Below, piece after piece: positions 7,856 through 15,586 of a stretch of 64,000 bases of DNA. The first letter of the stretch is position 1; each line of letters opens with the position of its first letter. The notes beneath the pieces were generated by a model, which was not told where the DNA came from, ran no database searches, and saw only the letters and a list, made by a program, of their open reading frames with translations. The stretch is from a virus (taxonomy: Duplodnaviria > Caudoviricetes). The stretch lies in IMG/VR virus record IMGVR_UViG_3300009788_000091, positions 1-64,000 of that record, one strand, 5' to 3'. Both the position numbers and the translations under genes were made by a program.

Positions 7856-10200
7856 ACTATTCCCTTTCTATTTTTCAATTTTAAAATATTTGTACTTGGA
7901 AAAGCTTTAATAATATTATTTCCGGCTTCTTTCAAGCGTTCCATTTTTACATCCCAAAAATAATAAACTTTCGGTATTGCCTTTTCACCAAAATATTTTT
8001 CAAGATCCCCATGACTTCTTTCAATACGGCCTTTTTGTTGATTAAATCTTTCAATATTATTTCCACTCGGCATTGTCAAAAATAAATGATCGAGTGTCCG
8101 AATATCTAAACCTACATCAACTTTTTGAGTACCAACTATTACATCCAATTTTCGTTTTCTTGCTAAATTAAAAACTCTCTTTTCTTCTGATTCCAAATCC
8201 AAGTCAAGCATATAATTTTTAACTCGGTCTGAAAATCCCATATTACAAATCGACTCTTTGGAAGTCGAACCTATTAAAAACCCTGTCCGCAATTTTGACA
8301 AGTCGAATTTTAATCTAATTGCATGTTCTTTCCTTTCCGTTAGAATCAAACAGATTTTTCCTTTTGCTACAGAGCGACGAACCATATACAAAATTAATTT
8401 ATTACGCTCTGTGTCTTCACACATATTCGTAATCATCGAAACCCTTTGATTTGGATTATCATCATAATCTTCATCATAAAATTTTGTAGGTATTAAATAA
8501 ATTTTTGCTTTTATACGGGATTCAATATTTTTATCTTCAATTTTATGAATTATTTTTCCAAAAGAATCATAAATCAAAAATTGACAACGATCTTTTCTTT
8601 TTTCATTAGCAGAGACACCAATTCGATATTTAGCAGGAAATTCATTTATTACATTTTGAAAAGTTGAAGCCGCAAATCGTTGAACTTCATCACAACCAAT
8701 AAAACCACAACGGTCTGAAAAAAAACCAAGCGCATTTCGTTTGGCGAGATTAAATAAACTTTGTTGCATACAAATATTTAATTTTCCAAATTTTGGTTTT
8801 GCAAATACTCCGCCAATCCCACCAAGATCTGATTTTCTAAAATTTAAAAGTTTTGGATCAAGCGCAGCTTTAATCCATTGTTTTTGATGAGTAGTATTCC
8901 ATACAACCACACACGCATGTTGTTTTGCTTTCGCAATTGCTTCCAAAAGTATTATCGTTTTTCCACTATTATGAACAACCATGCTATTAGCGACAAAATT
9001 ATGATTAGGATCAGCGCAACAAATATCATAAACTTTTTTCTTTCCTATTTTACGTTTTTTAATAACTTTTGAATATTTAGGAATACCTTGATTAAAATTA
9101 AATTTCACTCCTGCCTCAGAATGAAGTTTTTTATGGTCAAATTTATGCATTAAAGCAAGATTTTGAATTTTATTATCACTTTCATCAAAATTTAAATGAT
9201 GAATATCAAAAATAGCAGGATCAAAAACTTTTAATTTTTTAGCTTCAATCTTATTATGCCTAAAAATCTCTATATATTTTTCTAACGATAAATTATTAAA
9301 ATTTGCTTCATATATCGCTCTATGAATTAAAAGACGTTTAGTAAAACCACGTCTGACTTTATTTATTTTTTGTTTACCTGCGAATCGATGATACCAAAGA
9401 TTGCAAATCATATTTGGTCTTTTACGTTTTTTCTTAAAAGATATAGATTTTTCTGGTTTTAATGTATCAACCATAATTAAATCAACACCAATTTTTAAAT
9501 GTTGTAATTCACACCAACCATTATTTGTCATAAAACCATGATCGGCTGTTGCTTGAATTTTTTTGCCATTTTTTAAAATAATTTCATAAACAATTTTTCG
9601 ACCATTACAAAAAATATTTTCAATATTATTTAATTGAATCGTATTACCATTATAGGATCTTACTTTAGTTGGAATTTTTAAATCCCATGCTTTACCACAT
9701 ATTTTATTAGTTAACTCTTTATGTTGAAGATACATACGTTCTAAAGAAACTTCAGAACCTTTACCACCACGATTTATTCTAATTTTAGTATCACCTACCA
9801 AACATGAACAAGCACCACGAATTAATCCTTGTTCTTTTTCAAGAATTTTTGCAACAGGTTCAACTTGTTCTGATCTTAATTTTATATTTGATGAAAAAGA
9901 AATTGGTGGAAAAGAAATTCGATGATCTCTTGTCAAAACAGAATGATTAAACTTTTCAAAAATCTTTTTTAATTTTTTGTAACCCCCACGGTAAATAAAA
10001 ATTTCTTCTGCTTTAAAAAAATAAGATCGAATTTTATGTGGGACACCGTGGGTAGAAAAACCTAATCTTTTAAGTTGCCAAATTTTAGGATTTCTTTTTG
10101 TAAACTTTTTTAAAATTAACTTTGCGCATTTATTATCAAATTGTTTAAATTTTTTCCAATCAAAATGTATATAAGAATCAATTGTTAAAATAATTTTCAT
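7852..10200 (-). CDS. SF2 DExD/H helicase (UvsW/XPB-like) interrupted by an intein
   Basis: LRSEQ Q-motif; Walker A GACS|SGKT split by an insertion; DEVQ; SA motif III; VGLDIRTLD; QQKGRIER motif VI. Confidence 0.9.
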   Translation of the reverse strand: MKIILTIDSYIHFDWKKFKQFDNKCAKLILKKFTKRNPKIWQLKRLGFSTHGVPHKIRSYFFKAEEIFIYRGGYKKLKKIFEKFNHSVLTRDHRISFPPISFSSNIKLRSEQVEPVAKILEKEQGLIRGACSCLVGDTKIRINRGGKGSEVSLERMYLQHKELTNKICGKAWDLKIPTKVRSYNGNTIQLNNIENIFCNGRKIVYEIILKNGKKIQATADHGFMTNNGWCELQHLKIGVDLIMVDTLKPEKSISFKKKRKRPNMICNLWYHRFAGKQKINKVRRGFTKRLLIHRAIYEANFNNLSLEKYIEIFRHNKIEAKKLKVFDPAIFDIHHLNFDESDNKIQNLALMHKFDHKKLHSEAGVKFNFNQGIPKYSKVIKKRKIGKKKVYDICCADPNHNFVANSMVVHNSGKTIILLEAIAKAKQHACVVVWNTTHQKQWIKAALDPKLLNFRKSDLGGIGGVFAKPKFGKLNICMQQSLFNLAKRNALGFFSDRCGFIGCDEVQRFAASTFQNVINEFPAKYRIGVSANEKRKDRCQFLIYDSFGKIIHKIEDKNIESRIKAKIYLIPTKFYDEDYDDNPNQRVSMITNMCEDTERNKLILYMVRRSVAKGKICLILTERKEHAIRLKFDLSKLRTGFLIGSTSKESICNMGFSDRVKNYMLDLDLESEEKRVFNLARKRKLDVIVGTQKVDVGLDIRTLDHLFLTMPSGNNIERFNQQKGRIERSHGDLEKYFGEKAIPKVYYFWDVKMERLKEAGNNIIKAFPSTNILKLKNRKGIV
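8968..9804 (-). mobile_element. Intein (279 aa) carrying an HNH homing endonuclease, inserted in the helicase Walker A motif
   Basis: Begins CLVGDTKI; block B ATADHGF; ends VYDI...HNFVANSMVVHN followed by Ser(+1); internal IHRAIYE...DIHHLNFDESDNKIQNL...H HNH motif. Confidence 0.92.
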
Positions 10201-10255
10201 CGTAATCCCATCTCACAATGTGGTATACGCTTTTAACTTTTAAAAAAATTTCTTG

Positions 10256-10480
10256 TCAAGGGTTTTTTATCGAAGGTGGGCTAATTAATTCCATCAAGGT
10301 CATTTCGCCGTTTACTAAAATCCAATCTCCCGGTGGATTTAAAACTTTATTCGCAATTTTCACGATGCAATCGAATTTTTGCAATGAATCCAAATGCATA
10401 AATTTTGGTGGTAATTTTTTTTGAATTTCTTGCATGATTTCAACTTCTTGATTCAAATTTGTTTTTTCGGCTTCCGACAT
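10256..10480 (-). CDS. Hypothetical protein (probable start MSEAEK)
   Basis: Short ORF upstream of the helicase; no recognisable motif. Confidence 0.4.
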   Translation of the reverse strand: MSEAEKTNLNQEVEIMQEIQKKLPPKFMHLDSLQKFDCIVKIANKVLNPPGDWILVNGEMTLMELISPPSIKNP

Positions 10481-10612
10481 GAAAAAAATCTTAATTTCAA
10501 ACAAATCAAAAGTCAATAAAAAATTTTTTAATTTAAAAATCAATCACTTAACGCAAATCGGCGATTGGGCCTTCGTGGTTTTATCGTCTGAAAAAGAAAA
10601 GCGTTTTGATTT

Positions 10613-10706
10613 TTACAATGTGTTATATTATCTTACAATGTATTATATTATCTTACAATGTATTATATTATCTTACAATGTATTATATTATCTTACAATG
10701 TGTTAT
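10613..10706 (+). repeat. 20-bp tandem array (TTACAATGTATTATATTATC), about 4.7 copies
   Basis: TTACAATG recurs at 10613, 10633, 10653, 10673 and 10693 with near-identical intervening sequence. Confidence 0.95.
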
Positions 10707-10850
10707 TTTTCTTTCTTTTTTCGTTTTTATTCTTTTTCTTTTTTCTTTCTTTCATTTATCTACTGAATATTAAGTATTATTGAATATTAAATAATAATAA
10801 TAACTCCATAATATATGAGTGCCTATATATTCCACCATAGGACCACAACG

Positions 10851-10960
10851 TGATATGTAATGTATAACATTGTTATACATTGGTCCTACATTGTAATATC
10901 ATAATGTATAACAAGTGTTATACATTGGTCCCACAATGTAATATCATAATTTATAACAAT
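10851..10960 (+). repeat. About 45-bp tandem duplication containing palindromic TGTATAACA-N1-2-TGTTATACA boxes
   Basis: TAATGTATAACA(T/AG)TGTTATACATTGGTCC(T/C)ACA(T/A)TGTAATATCA occurs twice, followed by a partial third copy. Confidence 0.9.
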
Positions 10961-11220
10961 TAGATTTATGTATTTAATTAGATATATTTGAACAGAACTG
11001 TTTTAGTCCTTCCGTGGATTTAAACAGCCCTGTTCTCCCCCGGCACTCACCTTCCATGGTGGTAAACTTTTTGACGTTTCTATGATAACAAGTGTCATAA
11101 AACCAACAAGTCACACTGAGTCATCATATCAATTTGATACGATTAATGGTATTGAATTGATATGATTAATCGTATAAGCTAATTGGTTTATTTTTTTATG
11201 ATAAATAAAATATAAATCTA

Positions 11221-11273
11221 ACGTAAAGGTTGACGTAAAGGTTGACGTAAATCTAACGCAAATAGGACGCAAA
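11221..11273 (+). repeat. Five ACG(T/C)AAA direct repeats at 11-12 bp spacing (iteron-like)
   Basis: ACGTAAA at 11221, 11233 and 11245; ACGCAAA at 11256 and 11267; directly upstream of the ATG at 11278. Confidence 0.85.
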
Positions 11274-11277
11274 TAAA

Positions 11278-11583
11278 ATGATTAAACCAGCAACAGTTGC
11301 ATTTGATGTCGATGGAACTTTGATCGAATATGACGATACCCCACGCTATGATGTGATTGCTTTTTTTAAACAGTTTGAACAATGGGGATGTGAAATGATT
11401 ATTTGGTCTGGTGGTGGAGTTGACTATGCAAAACATTGGGCAGAAAAGTTAGGGCTTGAAGCAAAAATTATTGAGAAATGGAGTATCAAACCTGATATTG
11501 CAATTGATGATTTTCCTAATGGGGTGCCGTGGGAAAAACCAATAGCAAAAGCTAATATTTGTGTTTTTAATAAAGGTAAATAA
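11278..11583 (+). CDS. Small HAD-superfamily phosphatase
   Basis: Motif I FDVDGTL, motif II IWSG, K-PD-IAIDD motifs III/IV. Confidence 0.85.
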   Translation: MIKPATVAFDVDGTLIEYDDTPRYDVIAFFKQFEQWGCEMIIWSGGGVDYAKHWAEKLGLEAKIIEKWSIKPDIAIDDFPNGVPWEKPIAKANICVFNKGK

Positions 11584-11716
11584 TGGAAAGTATAATTTCC
11601 AAATAGTATTAAAAATGTATAAAATACTTTCCAAAATTATGGTAAAATTTTTCTATGGTTTATAGTTTATAGTATACAGTAAACTATAAACTATGACCAG
11701 AATGGAGATTTAGTTA

Positions 11717-11887
11717 ATGAAAATATTAAGCATTTTTAAAAAAATTATAATAGGGATTATTAATCTTATATGTATGCAATTGATGGCAATTATTTTTGTC
11801 ATCTTTTTCACCCCCTATATGGTATGCCTAATAGCGACAAATAGAATGTTTAGAAACGATATGTCAAATGAATTTTTGTGGAAATAA
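11717..11887 (+). CDS. Small membrane protein (56 aa, not in ORF track)
   Basis: GGAG RBS, then MKILSIFKKIIIGIINLICMQLMAIIFVIFFTPYMVCLIATNRMFRNDMSNEFLWK. Confidence 0.5.
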   Translation: MKILSIFKKIIIGIINLICMQLMAIIFVIFFTPYMVCLIATNRMFRNDMSNEFLWK

Positions 11888-11890
11888 ACG

Positions 11891-11986
11891 ATGAAAAAAG
11901 AGTTAATATTATCTGTGGTAATAATTCTAATTGTCACTATCTATATTTTATGGGAAATCGGATCGACGACTCACTTACCGGAGTAA
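11891..11986 (+). CDS. Small single-TM peptide (31 aa, not in ORF track)
   Basis: MKKELILSVVIILIVTIYILWEIGSTTHLPE; fills the gap between adjacent genes. Confidence 0.4.
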   Translation: MKKELILSVVIILIVTIYILWEIGSTTHLPE

Positions 11987-11989
11987 AAA

Positions 11990-12514
11990 ATGAAACGTAA
12001 ATGGGAAATTCAAATATGTAAAAATTGGTGGTTTAGTCTGGGTTTCCACGTAGATCACACCGATCCCAGTATTACTTTGCATTTTCCAGGGGCCATTTTT
12101 TATATTGGAAATTGTAAACAACCTGGCTTTAAGAAATTACAACCACTTCCTGTCGAGAAAGAGATTCTTGATCAGTTACCTTCAGAAGAACGCCAAGGGC
12201 TTGTAGATCTTTCTATAGAAACTCGAAATTTAATAAATGAAGGCGTTTACTCGTTGTATAGTATTAAAGATGGAGTAGATCTTAGTAAATCAAAATATAT
12301 TCTCTATACATCAAAGAGATCTTTTTTGTTAAACGAAACAGGAGGAGTTTTAAAAGAAAAATCGCCTAACTTTCAAATATCTGTAGATCAGGCGATTACC
12401 TTCATAGACAATGAAGCTAAAGACTTATCTGATAGCTGGAAAAACTTTCAACCCAAAGTTCCGCTTTCTTTTGTTGTAGCAGCTAGAAAAGCTATAAAAG
12501 CAAAAAATTCATAA
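11990..12514 (+). CDS. Hypothetical protein
   Basis: 174-aa ORF with GGAG RBS. Confidence 0.65.
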   Translation: MKRKWEIQICKNWWFSLGFHVDHTDPSITLHFPGAIFYIGNCKQPGFKKLQPLPVEKEILDQLPSEERQGLVDLSIETRNLINEGVYSLYSIKDGVDLSKSKYILYTSKRSFLLNETGGVLKEKSPNFQISVDQAITFIDNEAKDLSDSWKNFQPKVPLSFVVAARKAIKAKNS

Positions 12515-12586
12515 CAGAGCAATACAGTAAAATTTAGATAGCACTTATTTTTTAACACTGTTAAATATTTCGCCCATACCCTGAAC

Positions 12587-12613
12587 AGTGTAAACCCTTC
12601 GATTTACACTTTT
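12587..12613 (+). terminator. Putative intrinsic terminator
   Basis: AGTGTAAA-CCCTTCGA-TTTACACT hairpin followed by a short T run, downstream of 11990..12514. Confidence 0.4.
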
Positions 12614-13036
12614 AAAAATTGATAACATTTTGACTAATTACTGGCAAAAAATGGAAATATTGACAAAAATTAGCTTTACCGCCGATGAGGTAGGCCCGCT
12701 TAAGAGACAGCGGATGAGGTATGTGTATATTCACGAATAAAAAAACAGAATTGAACAATATATAGGTATAATTTTTTAACTACTCTATTTGATTGAGTTA
12801 ATTCGTATTTTAATGTTTAGCCATGTATATACATCTTCAAAATTGACCCATGGAGTATACTCGTAATTTTTCTAAATAATTGCTTACAAGGCAATTACTA
12901 CAAAATGGAATGAACTGATTCTTGTTTTAAATGGACTGAGCCCTATTTAAACCACTATTTTAGAGACTTTTAACCCGTAACTCATGGGGAAGGATGGGTC
13001 ATTAAAGACACACTCTCAAGACGTTCTCAGAGGCGA

Positions 13037-13096
13037 TAGATAGAACTACTGATTTCGGTAGATAGAACTACTGATTTCGGTAGATAGAACTACCGA
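13037..13096 (+). repeat. 22-bp tandem repeat (TAGATAGAACTACTGATTTCGG), about 2.6 copies, forming tandem hairpins
   Basis: Copies at 13037 and 13059, partial copy at 13081. Confidence 0.9.
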
Positions 13097-13220
13097 CGAC
13101 ATGGCGACGTGTGCCATACAGCATATGCTGTAATAATACCCAATAAAATCAGACTATTAAATGACCCATCTTGTTATACATTGTCAATCAAATGAGTATA
13201 ACCATGTTATACGTTTTTAC

Positions 13221-13249
13221 TTGACAAACCGCGTTATTTATATTACAAT
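13221..13249 (+). promoter_or_regulatory. Sigma70-type promoter
   Basis: TTGACA-17 nt-TACAAT upstream of the GAGGGG RBS and ATG at 13282. Confidence 0.85.
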
Positions 13250-13281
13250 GTAAGATAATAAAGATTGAATTAAAGAGGGAG

Positions 13282-13521
13282 ATGAAAATGAAAAAGAAAT
13301 TAATAAAAAGATCTAGATCCTCATATAAAAGAAAAAATAAAAAAACTAAATCAGGTTGTAATAAACTTCATGCTTTTCGAGCTGATCCTGAATTAACTAG
13401 TCTGTTAGATAGTATTCCAAATAAAAGTGAATTTATTGTTCAGTCTTTAAGGGAACAATGTAGCAAAAAACAATTAATATTATGTCCACGATGTAAGGGT
13501 AGAGGAAGGATATTTACATGA
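13282..13521 (+). CDS. Small putative DNA-binding regulator (ribbon-helix-helix-like, with C-terminal CxxCxGxG)
   Basis: LHAFRADPELTSLLDSIPNKSEFIVQSLRE resembles an RHH strand-helix-helix; basic N-terminus; CPRCKGRG. Confidence 0.6.
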   Translation: MKMKKKLIKRSRSSYKRKNKKTKSGCNKLHAFRADPELTSLLDSIPNKSEFIVQSLREQCSKKQLILCPRCKGRGRIFT

Positions 13522-14036
13522 AACAAATTAATTTTAATATATTGATGTGTTTTTCAACTTTGTTTTTTTTAATATGTAATCCCGTTCAAGCTTTAGATGT
13601 GTCTGAAATCGAGGATGAGCCAGTTAGTTTAAAAGAATTTAAGGCAAGTCAAAAGAAACAAAAAATAAAAAAATATCCTATTATTCTTGCGTCTTCAGTT
13701 TTTGTAATGAATTCAAAAAAGTTTATTGGAAAGCAATATCAAATAATGATTATGGGAGATGGTATGGCTAATATGAGTTACTTCAGTAAATTAATAGGAC
13801 GAGAATGCCAGTTTACTTATTATTATAATTTTGATATTGGATTTGGTAAAAAAACAGGATCTGGAAATTATTATTTTGTTGTTCCGAAAAAAGATTGTGC
13901 TCAATTCAATGATATTGCAGATAGTAATATTAGCACTGCTCATGTCATGGTTGAATTTGAAAAAATAGTTCAAATTGTAAATAGTGCGGGTCAAACTTTA
14001 TCATTGCCTGTTTTTAAGGTTATTAAAAAACTTTAA
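13518..14036 (+). CDS. Exported hypothetical protein
   Basis: N-terminal signal peptide (MKQINFNILMCFSTLFFLICNPVQA); ATGA overlap with upstream gene. Confidence 0.7.
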   Translation: MKQINFNILMCFSTLFFLICNPVQALDVSEIEDEPVSLKEFKASQKKQKIKKYPIILASSVFVMNSKKFIGKQYQIMIMGDGMANMSYFSKLIGRECQFTYYYNFDIGFGKKTGSGNYYFVVPKKDCAQFNDIADSNISTAHVMVEFEKIVQIVNSAGQTLSLPVFKVIKKL

Positions 14037-14109
14037 AATTAAAATTTTTTAAGGAAATTATTGCATTAATAGTTTTATTTGGGTAATAGGCTATATGAAG
14101 GAATAGAAA

Positions 14110-14814
14110 ATGCTTACTGATTACCCAAAACTTCATTGTCCATTTATTAGAAAAGAATTTGATGTGAATAAACATCATTGGCAGGAATTAGGTAATAAAT
14201 ATGGATTACGAAAACCTATAGCTTATCTTGTAATTGATCAAATAAATCCTGGCTTTGAATGGGTGTTCGATGATCCTGATACTTTTGCAGTTGAAAAATT
14301 AGATGGTACAAATGTTAAAATTTTAACTAAAAATGGACGATTGCTCCATATTCAAAATCGAAAAAATGTTATTGACCCACTTGAAATAATAAAAGGAAAA
14401 ACTTTTATTATTGAAGGTATTTTTCGCGCTATTCAAAAAGGTTATGTTTTATCAGATGGCGAACAGGTTGGTGAAATAATTGGTCCTAAATTACAAAATA
14501 ATCCATATTTTCTTGATAATCATATCTGGTATCCATTTGACAAAGCAATTGGACATTTACGATATAAATCTTTTGAAGAACATGATAGAACATTTGATAA
14601 TTGGTCTTCTTGGTTTAGAAATTTTCTTAAAAGCCGTTTTTGTATTAAAACACATAAATGTACATTTGAAGAAGCAGAATTTGCAGAAGGAATAATTTTC
14701 TATAATTTAAAACGTAAAGCTGAAAAAAAATGTTGGCGAGCTAAATTAAGACGAAATATGTTTGTGTGGTATTATGAAGATAAGGGAATTATTATTAAAA
14801 ATTATCCACAATAA
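14110..14814 (+). CDS. ATP-dependent RNA ligase (nucleotidyltransferase domain only)
   Basis: YPK; motif I EKLDGTN; GE motif III; EGIIF motif IV; RAKLR motif V; no OB-fold C-terminal domain as in DNA ligases. Confidence 0.8.
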   Translation: MLTDYPKLHCPFIRKEFDVNKHHWQELGNKYGLRKPIAYLVIDQINPGFEWVFDDPDTFAVEKLDGTNVKILTKNGRLLHIQNRKNVIDPLEIIKGKTFIIEGIFRAIQKGYVLSDGEQVGEIIGPKLQNNPYFLDNHIWYPFDKAIGHLRYKSFEEHDRTFDNWSSWFRNFLKSRFCIKTHKCTFEEAEFAEGIIFYNLKRKAEKKCWRAKLRRNMFVWYYEDKGIIIKNYPQ

Positions 14815-14827
14815 TAAAGGAGAAATC

Positions 14828-15145
14828 ATGATTCGTATTATTCTAACTTGTTTTGTTTTAATGCTTTTACCAAACTCTGCAAACACAGCTGCAATACCTG
14901 TGCCTGGATCTGGTCTTGGATATACTTGCACTGATAATCCAGGGGAAAAGAAAACTTGTACCTGTACTGGTGCCGCTGATTGTTGGTGGATGGGTCGTTC
15001 TGGGGTTTGTGAAGGCGACGTGATTGTTTTGACATGCGGCAACGATGGAAAATGTACTTGTGACTGGAAAAAGAATTCCATTACTCCTCCAGGCAGTCGT
15101 TTAATTGAAGGTAAAGATAAATTATTTATTATTGAAATGAATTAA
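14828..15145 (+). CDS. Secreted cysteine-rich small protein
   Basis: AAGGAG RBS before ATG 14828; signal peptide MIRIILTCFVLMLLPNSANTA; 8 Cys in the mature region. Confidence 0.75.
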   Translation: MIRIILTCFVLMLLPNSANTAAIPVPGSGLGYTCTDNPGEKKTCTCTGAADCWWMGRSGVCEGDVIVLTCGNDGKCTCDWKKNSITPPGSRLIEGKDKLFIIEMN

Positions 15146-15153
15146 TTTAAATT

Positions 15154-15229
15154 TGGCCCGTAGTCTAATTGGTAGGACAACAGATTTTGATTCTGTAGGT
15201 TGATGGTTCAAATCCATCCGGGCCAGCCA
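15154..15229 (+). tRNA. trnQ: tRNA-Gln (anticodon UUG)
   Basis: Acceptor stem TGGCCCG/CGGGCCA; D-arm GTC-TAATTGGTAG-GAC; anticodon stem ACAGA/TCTGT with loop TT-TTG-AT; T-arm GATGG-TTCAAAT-CCATC; encoded CCA. Confidence 0.95.
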
Positions 15230-15262
15230 ATATAGAAATAACAAATTAAAGGAAAAACAAAG

Positions 15263-15583
15263 ATGAAATTAGTAATGATGACACATTTTATAATTGTAGT
15301 TGTAATATCATTATGTTTGTATTTAATAATGTCATCAAATCCTGTTCAGAAATTTTTTGCATCTGAAAAAGTAAAAAATTATGATGCAGAAAGTTTCTGG
15401 TACGGGTATAAAAAAGGATTACGTCAAGGATGCGTACAAGTTATTTATGAAGATGTCGCAATGGATGATTCAATGCCTGATAGTGTTTATAAAAAATTAG
15501 ATAAACTTGGATGTAGTTTAGATAGACTTTATGGTCCTAACTGGAAAACAGAAAAACTTCCACCACATTATTATGAAAAATAA
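15263..15583 (+). CDS. Membrane-anchored hypothetical protein
   Basis: N-terminal hydrophobic helix; AAGGA RBS. Confidence 0.65.
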   Translation: MKLVMMTHFIIVVVISLCLYLIMSSNPVQKFFASEKVKNYDAESFWYGYKKGLRQGCVQVIYEDVAMDDSMPDSVYKKLDKLGCSLDRLYGPNWKTEKLPPHYYEK

Positions 15584-15586
15584 ATA

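Noticed and set aside
10613-10706. Mini-CRISPR array
   Set aside because: Units are contiguous 20-mers with no unique spacers, and no cas genes are present
10479-10766. 95-aa plus-strand ORF
   Set aside because: Reads through the 20-bp array and T-tract with no RBS or motif; probably spurious
13037-13096. CRISPR-like repeat
   Set aside because: The 22-bp units abut directly with no spacers
15154-15229. Suppressor tRNA or stop-codon reassignment
   Set aside because: The anticodon is UUG (standard Gln), and core genes are intact and densely packed under the standard code
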